Of a DNA stretch of 64,000 nt, positions 23,931 to 36,600 are shown piece after piece. Origin of the DNA: Macrostomum hystrix. Its lineage: Eukaryota > Animalia > Platyhelminthes. The stretch is taken from assembly GCA_950097015.1 (NCBI GenBank), contig CATNEN010000039.1, forward strand, positions 11,966,001 to 12,030,000, in the 5' to 3' direction. The notes below the pieces were generated by a model, which saw nothing but the letters and a program-made list of their open reading frames with translations, did no database searches and had not been told where the DNA came from. Numbering within the stretch: the first letter of the stretch is position 1; every line of letters begins with the position of its first letter. The position numbers and the translations under genes were made by a program.

Positions 23931-26791
23931 GGACGCTGCGGAGGTTAGAAAACTGCAGCGAACACACGCTGCCGAAAAACGCGGGAGTCAGCCCTGGCAG
24001 CAGCCTGAGGGGAGAAGCCAAGACTCTGCAAGTCAGTTAAAAGGCAATCAAGTAGAGTCACGCGACGGCCCTGTCCACGTCGAAGGCCTTCACTGGGCGG
24101 GTTGAGCAGAAGGGTCGCGAGCGGCGGGCCCGCACCCCTCGCATGAGCCCGCAGGCAATGGCCGGCCAGCATTTGCCGACGCCTTTGCAGGGAACGAGCG
24201 AGGGAGGGCACACGGGCTCTCGCGGTCAGCTCGGCGTTGCTCGCAGTCTCAGGGTAGCGGATGCCAAGCGCCGACCTCAGCAGGTGTCGGTGAGACGCCT
24301 CCAGGGCAGCCTCACGGGTAGGCGTCATCGGCACTGCTTCGAGGCCATATGCAAGGACGGATTCGACAGCTGAGCGGAAGAGGCCGATCTTCAGGACGTC
24401 GGAGGCAGTAGAGTCAAAGATGGTACGCAGAAGGTGGAGGGCGCGCCAGGCCTGTTGCTTGCGGTATTCGATGATGGCGTTGGCGTCCAAAATTTGCACA
24501 CCTAAGTACTTAAAGTCCTTGCAGGTGTTGATGACATTGCCGTCTGGAAGTTGAAGTCTGGAATTTCATAAATTGCGATTCACTAACCCAAACCTGCATG
24601 CTGTCCATTTCACTCTCCAATTTACACAACACAAGACTGACCTGGAGACCAATGCTGTAGGTGACAAGAGCTGAATGTGGCATAAAAAAGCTCAAAGTTA
24701 TTTGTTATACTGTTGTTGAAGTTTTGTTGCAGCTTCTGGTCGTTATTGCCAAGCTTCATTTTCTCTAGTCACGTTTGAGTGAGTTTGATCTGTGCTAACA
24801 CCTGTCTGCCAACGTGATAAATTGTTATGCGTTTATCACAACAGTGTGTTAAAGATTAAGCTTCAGAATTTATTAATTCCAGATTTCCCCCGATTTGAGT
24901 TCCGCTGATTCCCGACTTCAGTTTTTATAAGCTGTCGTAATCCATTCTTAAAGTGAACTGTTAACCAGCCATTAAATGTTCTGCTGCCTATTCCGTGTAC
25001 GTTTATATCATTAGCGATATTCTCATGTGGAATTAGCCGAAAAATTGAGTACTTTCTATTGTTACAGCAACGAGCATGACCTAGTTCAATTTATAAAAAT
25101 AGCAGAGTCGTGGCACCATCTGTCGGTTGCGCTGTTGGGTTTCTCTTTGGATTATTTAGTTTTGAGGGGCAAAGCGATCTTCAGATAAAAATATTTTAAT
25201 CTAAACAAAGCCACTACTTCAAGGCTGGTGAATGGGAGAACGACTCAATGGGGCTCCTTCTCGCACCAAGGTCCCTGAGCTCGATTCCGCGGCGAAGCCA
25301 CATTCATTTGGGGCGCAGCCGCGGAGACATGGCTTGGTGGCTTGTCGTGCAATTTACGCCCTTGGGGGCCAACCTCCAGGTACAGTGAGAGTGTGCACAG
25401 CCTGACGATGAGAAAGTCAGGGCAGATGTACACACCTGTGTGAGCGTGTGCCTGCGTACAGTATTTGTATGTGTGTGTGCTCAGGAGTCAGCGGAATGAG
25501 CAGAATCGGCGGCATGCTGTGCCGTTTCGCATAGCCCTCCTGCAGAAACTTAATTTTGATTAACTCAGAAATTCTAAATAAAAGCCACTCAAATCACTCG
25601 AATCTACATCAACAGGCCGCCATTAACCGCGAGATCGACTCCGAGAAGGCGCGTCCAACAAGTGCCAGGGCCGCCGCCGTTGCCTCGGCTTCGGAGCCGC
25701 AGGTTCGGATGCTCGATCGATAAATGTGTTTTTCTCTTCTTACCCGATTGATTTGATTAGGCCAATGTTCAGTATTTATCTCCATCTCTAACCTCAGACG
25801 CAGAGCAATTGGTTTTAGCTTCGGACTTTTGACGGGGAGGTACGGAGTTCGAATCTCAGCCCTTCGGATAACACTTAATTCCGGTATTGTTTAGGTTCAA
25901 CCAGCTGTAAAATGGGTTACCAGCATCAGGTGGGTAGAGATTAATTCGTAGTTTCAAGTAAGTTAACGGATGGTCAGTGGCAGAGCGGTTTGGGTTAGCG
26001 TTGGTGCCTCTCGCACCAAGGTCCTGAGCTCGATTTCGTGGCGAGGCAACATTCATTTGGGGTGCAGCCGCGGAGAGAAAGCTTGACGGGTTTGTCGTGA
26101 AATTTGAGCCCTTGAGGGCCAGCCTCCAAGGCATAGTGAGAGTGTACACTGCCTGGCAATGAGAAAGGCAGGGCAAATGTACACACCTGTGTGAGTCTGT
26201 GCCTGCGTACGGTATCTGTGTGCATGTGTGCTCAGGAGTCAGCGGAATGGGCAGAATTGCCTCTTCGCTGGCTGCGGATCTACAGTCACCAAATGATATG
26301 CAATTGCCCGCAGCCCTCCTACAACTATTATTATTATTTTTATTCATGAACGAGCTAAGTTGCTTTTATGAATCACTGTAGAATGGGATGCATAGCCTTT
26401 CTAACTTTGACACCACTTGAAGGTGACGTCGGAGGAGTTCAGCGCGCTGTCCCGCCGAGTCGATCGCATGGAGCGCAGCATCGGTAGCGTTGTGTCCAAA
26501 ATCGATGCCGTGCTGGTGAAGCTGGACGCCGTCGAGTCAAGCAAAGCCAAGCGCCGGGAGCAGATGGGCAAGCTGCTGGACGCCATCAACGAGACCGAGG
26601 GCGTCACAGACGAGTACAAGCGCCAGGAGATGGAGCGCATGGTGCGCGAGCAGCTGCAGCGCTTCGACGTCGAGCCTTCAATGGTTGTGACGCCACAGGA
26701 CGAAACCGCCGCTGCCGCCGCCGCAGCCGCCGCCGCCAAGGGCCGCAGTCGCGGGCGCTCAGCTGCCAGCGGATCCACACATCAGAGCTGA
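19661..26791 (+). CDS. PKD2: Polycystin-2 (TRPP cation channel), 8 exons, about 829 aa
   Basis: Exons 19661-19913, 20951-21064, 21143-21273, 21396-22679, 22955-23088, 23708-23825, 25616-25702, 26423-26791; all GT-AG with consistent phases. Motifs [56 protein letters not shown] pore, [17 protein letters not shown], two EF-hands, coiled coil [18 protein letters not shown]. Confidence 0.95.
19960..20085. repeat. 22-bp minisatellite in PKD2 intron 1
   Basis: Unit GTTGGAGGTGGCTGAGGATTCA, about 5-6 degenerate copies. Confidence 0.85.
23260..23570 (-). mobile_element. SINE family A in PKD2 intron 5, antisense
   Basis: Reverse complement of the 6288-6636 element (AATAATTGCAGGAGGGCTGCGGGC...GGAATCGAGC...CCACTCTGCCAC). 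Confidence 0.85.
23901..24562 (-). mobile_element. 5'-truncated RTE-clade LINE in PKD2 intron 6
   Basis: Minus-strand ORF tail ...DFKYLGV...[14 protein letters not shown]...[12 protein letters not shown]; (TTA)n 3' tail; 12-bp TSD ATTTCATAAATT at 23889-23900 and 24563-24574. Confidence 0.9.
25245..25545 (+). mobile_element. SINE family A copy in PKD2 intron 6
   Basis: TCGCACCAAGGTCCCTGAGCTCGATTCCGC...CCTGACGATGAGAAAGTCAG...CCCTCCTGCA; boundaries approximate. Confidence 0.8.
25800..25930 (+). mobile_element. Degenerate tRNA-derived SINE (family B)
   Basis: TCGGACTTTTGA...GAGTTCGAATCTC head and CCAGCTGTAAAATGGGTTACCAGCAT, matching the body at 62705-62729. Confidence 0.55.
25970..26343 (+). 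mobile_element. SINE family A copy in PKD2 intron 7
   Basis: A box TGGCAGAGCGG, full body, (TTA)n tail. Confidence 0.85.
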
Positions 26792-27061
26792 CCGGCTGTT
26801 TGAAAGTGCCTATTTTTCTAAGATGAAACAAATCACAGCTGTCACTCGACAAGCAACCAATAGAAAGATTCTTCTATACTAGCTTAATAGAACAGCACCC
26901 AAGTCAATTAGAAATCCATGATCGAGTTTGTAATATTTGTATTGGTGATCTATTTTTACTGACTAAAAGTCGTCTGATGCTATACATTTACGGACTTCTG
27001 CTAGGCACAGATTTTAAAAGTTGACCCCAAAGACAGCGACCGATGAGGAAATTATACTAAT

Positions 27062-27165
27062 GTGTGAATATCTGCCCTGACTTTCTCCTCGGCAGGCAGT
27101 GTACACTCTCACTGTGCCTTGGAGGTGGGTTCTCATGGGCCTATATCGCACGACAAGCCCCCAAA
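27062..27165 (-). mobile_element. SINE family A internal fragment
   Basis: TCTGCCCTGACTTTCTC...GGCAGTGTACACTCTCACTGTGCCTTGGAGG. Confidence 0.7.
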
Positions 27166-27848
27166 CCGCGGCTCGAACTGTACTCGTACAAGCGTCGACC
27201 AATAGCCCAAAAACACTAGCAGCTTTTTTAAGTAATCGAAAAAAGAAATGAGACAATTTCTATTCAGTGATGTTGCTCTGAACGTAGCAACATAAGCAGC
27301 TGACGGATGAGAACGTTTTCTGTAAAATAAACAATTATGTCATTTTTGCGTTTCACGCATTGGTCAGTGGTCGCTTTTTTCTACCAGAAAATACACCAAA
27401 ACCAATTTCACTGTGCTTAATTTCTCGGTAATGATAATAGAGTCAGGCAATAAAATCATCGAGTAAGAATTGAGAACAAAAAACCTGTACTACTGTGCCC
27501 TTCTCGAACGTTGTGCGAAAATCATTTTAATAACAAATATAAACTAGCTAATAATGTTATGAACCGTTCCTTCTGGCATAAGCAATTTTTTGTTCATTTT
27601 AATAGACTTTCTGGATCCATTGTGGACTAAAAAAAGTGAGCCCTTTTCAAAAATTTCAAAATAATTTAGACAAGATAGGACACATTACATTTAACGCTCT
27701 GCGATATTTTGATAACTGTCAGAATCAATTTATTTTCAAGTACATTGTGCAGCTTATTTAATTAGAGCCAGTAAGAAGTAGCTTGGGATGGTAACAAAAA
27801 ACTTTGTTAGGTAAGCAGAAGTTTTCTCATAAAATTGAGGCCAGGCTG

Positions 27849-29222
27849 TCAGCCGCTGTATGTTGCAGTCTGCTTGATGAGACCTTTGCGTCTGAAAATT
27901 GTTTTATATATGGGATAATGGTATTTATGATCGAATAAATCCATCGTAACTATAAGCTACGTTCTGCAAAAACAGATTTCCTATTATTGGATTTTTACTT
28001 TTAAATCCCAGATTCTGAAATATGTACTAAAACCCAAGGGAATTAGCTGATAGAAAAGTTTGGGGATGTTCGGGGCTGAGTGGCAGTGCCGTTAACGCGC
28101 TCTTGCCTCTCGCTGGGTCCCTGAGCTCGATTCCGTGGCGAGGCCACATGAATTTGGGGCGCAGCCGCGGAGAAAAGGCTTGAAGGGTTCGTCGTACAAT
28201 TTACGACCGTGAGGGCCAACCTCCAAGGCCACAGTGAGAGTGTACACTGCCTGAAAAGCAAGCAGCCAGGGCAGATGTACAGTTCTGCGATCGGGCTTGC
28301 GTTCGGTATCCATGTGCGTGTGTGCTCAGGAATCAGAGGAATGGGAAAAATTGCCTTCAGCGGGTCTACTGTCACTAAATGATGTGTCATTGCCCGCAGC
28401 CCTCCTGCAATAAAGATTTTGAGGAATGAAATGCTGCAAAAATATTAATTAAATCATCATTTAGTAATCAATGTGTTTTTTACTCAGACGAGAAAACGAA
28501 AACTCAGTAAGTTCGGGCAGTATCCTTTTAGGAAATAGATAAACAGAATCACAGCTGCTTATAATCGTGAATTTTTTAGGAAGATAATCAGATTTCATCA
28601 GATCAGGCCAATACGCTAATAGTGGCCTTAATACTTAAATCGCTTATAAAAAATATGATTAATAGCCTTTTAGATAAAAAAATTAACGCGAAAATGTTAT
28701 TCTTTCTTGCCCGTTGCCCAGACTTACCCCTCCCTGACGAACGTGTCCAAAGTGATCATGTCGTTGTCTCCGCCAGGCGGATACCTATCGAAATGGCTAA
28801 GTCCTAGGGTCTCCATGGCCTCCACGTACTGGTTCTTGGTCACGTAGCCCCGGCCAGCCGCGTCCAGCATGTTGAAGATGGCATTCAGGTTTGTGTCGTC
28901 GAATAAGCAGGGCGCCTTCTCGGGTGCCGATTTGCTGCCGCTCAAGTTTTTTAGGTACTCCACCATGAATGCTTTCGGGTCGTCTGCGAGAAATTTTTTA
29001 AGGACGAAAGTTTAGCACCAACTGTACACCATTGACATTTACGACAGTTTATACTTAAAAGTGCATATATATCAATATGAAAGTTGTACAGTGAATTCAA
29101 GCAAACACTAGCTTACTTGGTTGATCAAAGATTAGCTGGGCGCTAAGGTTGTTAAATAATTCACGGATCTTGTGCTTTTGTAGGTACATTTCCGCCTCCT
29201 GCTGTCTTGGCCAGTTTTCCAT
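27849..29222 (-). CDS. EFCAB10: EF-hand calcium-binding domain protein 10-like, 3 exons, 134 aa
   Basis: Exons complement(29117-29222, 28728-28983, 27849-27891), 405 nt, GT-AG. MENWPRQQEAEMYLQKHKIRELFNNLSAQLIFDQPNDPKAFMVEYL (RIIa/Dpy-30-like docking domain), then LFDDTNLNAIFNMLDAAGRGYVTKNQYVEAMETLG (EF-hand), ending GRKGLIKQTATYSG. Confidence 0.82.
28072..28412 (+). mobile_element. SINE family A in EFCAB10 intron 2
   Basis: GAGTGGCAGTGCCG...GCTCGATTCC...GCCCGCAGCCCTCCTGCAATAA. Confidence 0.82.
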
Positions 29223-30635
29223 GTTGTTGCCTTTTAGAGCTATCGGACTGCAATGTAATAATGTCTTTTGTGAAATTATGACTTAAGAACTTTGTTGGAC
29301 AAAATTACACACCAAAGCACAAGAATGATATAGTTATTAAGAGTGTATTAATTATTGTGTCAAAATCCAATCACAAAAAATATAAAAGGAGTATAAAAGG
29401 GATACAGGAAGAGCACTTTAAGGATTTGGAAATCCATATTACAGATATCCAAAAGTTTTTTTTGCGAAACGTAAGAACTTATAATAATAATAACAATGCC
29501 TTACTTATGTTTATGTCAAGTTTTGATTTTTTTCTGCAAAGGTGCACTATCTGAAGATGGAATAAACTTAACTTAACTTGTCGATGATATTCTACAATAA
29601 AAATTCAGAATTCGTATAGATGCATATACTACCAAGTAACTACAATAACTGTGCGACAATAATCGGAACAAAGTTCAGTAATCAAACATTTGATAATAGT
29701 TTATTATCTTAGTTTATTAATATCCACCAAAAATAAAAACCAAACCCAAAATGGAAATCAATATGCATGTTTGAATGAGTAAAATGAGAAAAGTGGTCAA
29801 TTTTGCGATGCATTTATCTAAAAAACGAGGACAATAAGTTTCTTTCTTTGCACATTTGTGTAACTCCGTAACTGTTAACATTCTCGGAATTATAATATAA
29901 AGAAGACCGAAATACATACGTTAAATTGGTAGGGAAACTTAGGCTTCGTCCTAATGTGACGGCACAAAGATCAATATCTGTGTGTGTTATTGTTTTTATT
30001 TTCAAATCAAAACCAAAATTAGAATTTTGTCTAACATCTCGTAGGATTAAGAATCAAACGTATACTAATTTGTTGTACTGGATAAAATATTTAAAACTGA
30101 TCTAATTGCAACTTAAAACACGTTTAACAGCAAAAAATTGATTGCGCAAAACAACTATCATAATTCAATCTAGTCAGCTATACTCGACGATAGAGCATAC
30201 TAAGTTTAATTGTCTCTTCAATTTGGGTCATTCCAAAGACTCACCTATTCCTATTTTATGAAATATCACACCGTATCGTATCATTATACCCTCGTACAAG
30301 TGTCGAAATAATGCTCCATTTCCAATTTCCGATGCCCAAATGAGGCATAAAATCATAGCCGTATTTTGTTGTTTTTAATTGCAGATTTAGTTTAACTATA
30401 CTAGAAACTGTGTTTATTATAGTTACTGAATTTAAGCTTATATTGTTGCCTATATAGTATTCTGCCCTGGCACAGCACGTCAATAATCACGCTGACAATT
30501 ATACATTTTTCGACAATTCGAGCTAGACCTGTGTCAGTGTCAGAATGGCTTCTAAGAGGCGTAGCTAAAACCAGTTAAAAATACCACAGGAACGCATACT
30601 TTACCTAATAGTGATGCTCTAAAATGTGAAACCAC

Positions 30636-33600
30636 ATGGAGGTTGAAAGTGACTGGTCAGACAGAGAAAATACTAGTCAATATGACAAGAGTGACACTGA
30701 CTATGATGATAGTCATGAGGCACCAATATCAGGCTCTAACTCTAATGATGTAATAGTCAGTTCTTCAAAGCTACTAAAGTCAAAAAGAATTACAAAAAAT
30801 AAAGAAATTTATTGTTTTGAAAGATTTTGTATTGCAGTTGGCATGTACTACAGAAAAAACAGAGAACTAATATTTGTTATTTGTCTTAGTGTACTTTGGT
30901 TCTTATCTAACATTACTATACTCAAGTAAGTATTTTTAATCTTATTAATGTCTACTTTTGTAATTTAGGATTTGTATTTTAAATCTATAGTATATCTATT
31001 TTTCTATTTCAGTAGCTATTTGTGTTGGTAGGTAGGCATTAGCATTTAGCATGGATCTATGTAGGCCTAGTCATAGATAAAATTAGCACTATATGCATAA
31101 GACTGTGCCAATAAGCACTGCCATTTGTTTATTTGTAATTTTGCTAATTTATATCTAATTAAAAATTCATTAAAACAATGTAACAAATTCTTTCAAAGAT
31201 GGCCTTCCTACCATATGATTAGCTAAGCCCTATATAGCTATTGTAAAGTAAATCTTACTGCTGATGTTATGTTCTAGGGCTGTTTTGTTGTTATTTGGCT
31301 GTTTTTGGATATTTGTGGAGACCTTTAATTAAAATATGTCTTATAGCTTACTTGTTAGTTTCTTTAGTTGTTTACTTTTATGGGCCTATAATTCTATTTC
31401 AAATTCAAATTGGTAGCACTATATATTTAATATTGTAGCTTAATGTTAAATATGGGTGATGATTATCTTTGTTTATTACTTGTACTGGGATCTTTCTATA
31501 TTCATTTCTGTAATGGCCCTTAATTACTCCTTATTAGTCTGTATTAGTCTTTATTACTATTCATTTGTCTTTATCCTTTTTATCACTTTGTTTTAATAAT
31601 TTGAAATCAATTTATCAATTTCAATTAAGTCTTATCACTTCAGTTATTTGTCAGTTCATCTTAGGCTTACCTGTGGATCTAAGCTTGCAGCTCTTCTTTG
31701 TTCACTTTACTCACTTCTCTTTCTCAATGTTTTGTGAAAATTCTTTTAGACTACCACTTCAATATTTCTAAACATTATTATCTTGAACATTGTACCAGTG
31801 AGAAAAACATAAATTTTTATCTACTTTCTACTTGTGCATTTATACAAAAATTTCACCTCCTCACCTTAGTGACTTTGGGAAGACTTTATTTTCAGTGCAT
31901 ACAAACAAATTGGTGCATTTAAACCAAATTTTATGTGTACTTCAACAAAAAGTAGCATTTTTGGTAGGTAATACTTTCTGAGAAATGTAAAATAAGGCCC
32001 TATCTCAATTAAATCCTAATAAAAAGCTATAGTAAAAATATCAGAAGTATACTCTTTATTTGCTGTTAATTAAAGTCAGATTTTTTATGTTTACAGCTAG
32101 CTAATAATTTATAAACCTAATTTTTGTTATTGTAGTCTGCTTGTCAAAGAAGGCTAGACAATTTCACCAGGCTTGTCTATATAAATGGTTTTATTTATTC
32201 TACCAACCCAGATGTTTATTTTTTTACAAATAAGATTCTCTTTCATTTTTTGTGTAAAATATTAAATTTTCAGGTCTAGCTCTAGATTTCCAAATGCAGC
32301 AATGTTAAAGTATACAATAGGCTATTTCACAATCTCTTTGCTATCACTACTTTTGGACAATGTCAAGCAATATGCACACTATGCACAATAAACACAATAC
32401 ACAAAAAGCTATTGGTTACAATAGGGTTTTATGTAGATCAACTACTTTTTAGCCATATTGCAAACATATCTACTCGTAAGTGTAGGTCACAATGTTGTGC
32501 TAATAATGCAAAGTACTACAATGGTAGGGGTCTATATTATTTATAAATTAGATGTTTAGCACTAGTTTTAGCTTTTAATCTAGTTCCGGTTGTTAATAGA
32601 TTAGGTGCCAAAATAACATGGGACTTCTTAAGTAACCCTTGAACTCTAGAACTGTTCTCCAAATCCCAATATAAGACTTGCCAAAATCTTGGTTAGAATT
32701 ACTTACATTTTGTATTATAGCTAGTTAGAATTTTTTAGTTGCTTAGCTAGTGAAACTACTCTAGTGAAACTAAGTGTCTTTTATAAAAAAACAGGTCCAA
32801 GGAGGTTCGCTATCAACAGTATGGCCCACTGTTCCCACCTGGCCAGCCTGTGCGTGACTACCCAGATGGAGATCTGGGATTTCTGCATCCGCAGAACCGC
32901 AGCAGACTGGACCATCTGCTCATGCTCTATGCTCCATGGGATGCGGAGTCTGTACTGGCCAAAACTGTGTTCTCAGCTTTAGCTCTGATTAATCCGCAGA
33001 TTAGATTTGCTGCAGTTGCCTGCTGGAATGTAACTAGTAAGTTTTCCGTCGGTTTTTGTTCTTATTATTAGACTCGTGTGTTTGGCTCCATTGAATGGAC
33101 TCTGTACATTTTCATTGCTGTGTGTTAATTGTCAGTCTTAATTTACTTATTTGTTATTAGGGCATGGGTTTTAGCTTAAAGCTGTTCCACTTGAGATCCT
33201 GTAGGGCAGGGGTCGGCAAACTCCGGCCCGCGGGCCAGATGCGGCCCTCGAAACTCCCAAATCCGGCCCGTTGCCCCTTCTGACATCTATAGTGTCCTGT
33301 TTCATCTCTCTCGTGTCTAATCTCTCCCGTGTCTAATCTCTCCCGTATCTCTTCTCTCCCGTGTCTAATCTCTCCCGTGTCTAATCTCTCCCGTGTCTAA
33401 TCTCTCCCGTGTCTAATCTCTCGCGTGTCTCATCTCTCCCGTGTCTCATCTCTCCCGTGTCTCATCTCTCCTGTGTCTAATCTCTCGCGTGTCTCATCTC
33501 TCGCGTGTCTCATCTCTGCCGTGTCTCATCTCTCCCCTTATCTCATATTTATACAGTCAATGCGGCCCGCTGTCGTCTTTTAGGTTCTTTCTTTGGCCCG

Positions 33601-36600
33601 CCAGCAAATAAGTTTGCCTACCCCTGCTGTAGGGTTTGAGTTTAATGCTTAATGGTTCAAAAACTAGTCCATGGCTTCATCATGGTGGACACATGCAGGC
33701 ACAGGGGTGAGTGGCAGAGTTCATGCGGTGAGTTCCGGCATTGACGGCCAACCTCCAAGGTGCAGTGAGTGTCTGAGAGAGTCTGTCTGATAATGAGAAA
33801 GTCGGGTGCACACCTGTGTGAGTGTGTGTGCACAGGAGTCAGCGAAATGGGCTTGTGGCACCAATTGATGTGCTATTGCCCGCAGCCGTCCAGCAATAAT
33901 TATTATTAATAATTGCCGTCTATCCTTATTCCCCTAGGCGAATGCTGGCTGCGTTTTCATACAACTCGCTTTCCTGCTTTCGCCCTTCTACTGCCTGGCC
34001 TCACGGAAGTGATTTACAATGGGCCGCTCGATTTGGCCCACATGCAGCGATTCCTGATGGAGGCACCGTTGGGCTATAGGACTGTGCGATCCGATGCAGA
34101 ATTACTTAGGATCACTCAACTGTACGATGTGAGTTTAAAGTGCTTGAAAGTAAATTTTCCTCCTTCGAAAAACTATCTATCCAAAGATATCAAAAGAACT
34201 CAACCTTTTTTCTCAGCATTAAAAGGCTAAGATTATTTTAAATACTTTGTTGGTCTGATCATCAGGTAATGCCTTTAATTATAAACATGATTTCCTTTTT
34301 GTATGTCATTTTTGTGACTGAAATAAATTTTTATCAGTTTTATTTTGAAGCCTGTTGTTATTGACGTCTGCTAAATTTTCTCAGAGTTTATCTGCATTAA
34401 TCGATCCTTTATTTAAACTTTCCACTCGAAGTGCATTGGTGGGCGCTTTCTTACTTTCGATATTATTCTCTTTTTCAAAGTTTTTGTGTCTGATTTGCCA
34501 AAACAATTGCTGAAACTAAAATATTGGCTAGCTATTTATCATTCTTTATGTTGGTTAAATAATTGCTCATCGTCGCTCATTACCCTTCACATTTCCAGTA
34601 GTCGCTCATTACCCTTCACATTTCAAGTAGTCGCTCATTACCCTTCACATTTCTAGTAGTCGGTCATTTCCCTTCACATTTCACATTTCTAGTAACCGCT
34701 CATTACCATTCACATGTCTAGTAGTCGCTCATTACCCTTCACCTTTCCAGTAGTCGCTCATTACCCTTCACATTTCTAGTAGTCGGTCATTACCCTTCGC
34801 ATTTCTAGTAGTCGGTCATTACCCTTCACATTTCCAGTAGTCGGTCATTACCCTTCACATTTCCAGTAGTCGGTCATTACCCTTCGCATTTCTAGTAGTC
34901 GGTCATTACCCTTCACATTTCTAGTAGTCGGTCATTACCCTTCACATTTCTAGTAGTCGGTCATTACCCTTCGCATTTCTAGTAGTCGGTCATTACCCTT
35001 CACATTTCTAGTAGTCGGTCATTACCCTTCGCATTTCTAGTAGTCGGTCATTACCCTTCACATTTCTAGTAGTCGGTCATTACCCTTCACATTTCTAGTA
35101 GTGTCGGTCATTACCCTTCACATTTCTAGTAGTGTCGGTCATTACCCTTCACATTTCTAGTAGTCGGTCATTACCCTTCGCATTTCTAAACGGGTAATTT
35201 CCCCCATATTTCTAAATCAATGTCTGCTGCTTTTCATTTTTTCGGTCATTACCCTAACTAATTAAAAAACTAGTAGTTTTATTAAATTTGTCATTGCCCT
35301 TCAGTGGTATAAAACAGTAAATTAATTTCCGTTTCTTTCAAATAGGTTTTTTCTGAAGTTGTTTTTCTGATTTTCGAATCTTTCCTTTCCTTCCTTTGCC
35401 CTCTGAATTATATTGACCGCTCTGTCTCACTTCCCACCTACGCAGAATGTGGTCATCGGCTGCTACAACCTGTCAGCAAGGCCGGTGATTCCAGGCCTTC
35501 ATCAATTCTATGCTGCCTCCGTGCACGCATTCGACCTGTTCGCTCCGCTGCCGTTTCTACTGCCCGAATTTGACAGCTCGGAGAAATTCCACTGCGAACA
35601 CAATGGCCAGGTTATATTACTGAGAAGCGGTGATATCAGTTTGGTAAGCCTTTGCATTTATCCCCATCCCAATAATCCAGTGTCAGCCCTTATCCCTATC
35701 CCAATAATCTAGTGTCAGCCATTATCCCAATCCCAATAATCCAGTTTCAGCCATTATCCCAATCCCAATAATCCAGTTTCAGCCATTATCCCAATCCCAA
35801 TAATTTAGTGTCAGCCATTATCCCAATCCCAATAATCTAGTGTCAGCCATTATCCCAATCCCAATGACCCAGCGTGTGCCAGCTGTTATCCCAATCCCAA
35901 TGACCCAGCGTGTGCCAGCTGTTATCCCAATCCCAATGACCCAGCGTGTGCCAGCTGTTATCCCAATCCCAATGAATCAGCTATGTATTGATCCCTGCTA
36001 GACACCGGACACGAACCGCTCATTGCGCTGCTCGGAGCTGCTTGGCTGGCTTCGCCAGCACCGGATACCATCGCGTCTCGCCATGTTGCACTCGACCGGA
36101 GCCAAATCTCGCCGCCTCGCCGACATGCTCCAGCCGAAGCCGCCCGCCTCTGCCGGCTCGGTCTCGCCGTCGCCTTCAAAGCGGCCCCTCCTGCTGCTTT
36201 TCGACCCCGGGCCACGGCACTGGGACTCGCCGGCTCTGGTCTGGCTTCGCTTCATCGACGCTGTCTACGCGCGCGACTGCGACAATGCCAAGAGCGACGC
36301 TGTTGACGTAGAAGAAGAAGAAGAAGACGAGAGTCGGCGGGTTGACAGCGGCTTCAAGAAGGCCATGGCTTTGGCTCTGGCTCGGGTCGCCAATGATCTG
36401 CGACTAAAGGCAGAGGCGGCCGCTCTGGGTCGCGTGTGCTCCGATTTGGCCTCAGCCGAGTTGCTAAGCAACCGTTGCTATGCCACTTTTGCGACTGCTT
36501 GGCAGAGGCTCTATGGACAGCGGCCGACGGCATCAGAGGCTGGGGTGCTTAGCGGCCGCCTTCACCGGCTCTGCCTGCTTGCCAGCCTCTGCGCCGCCTC

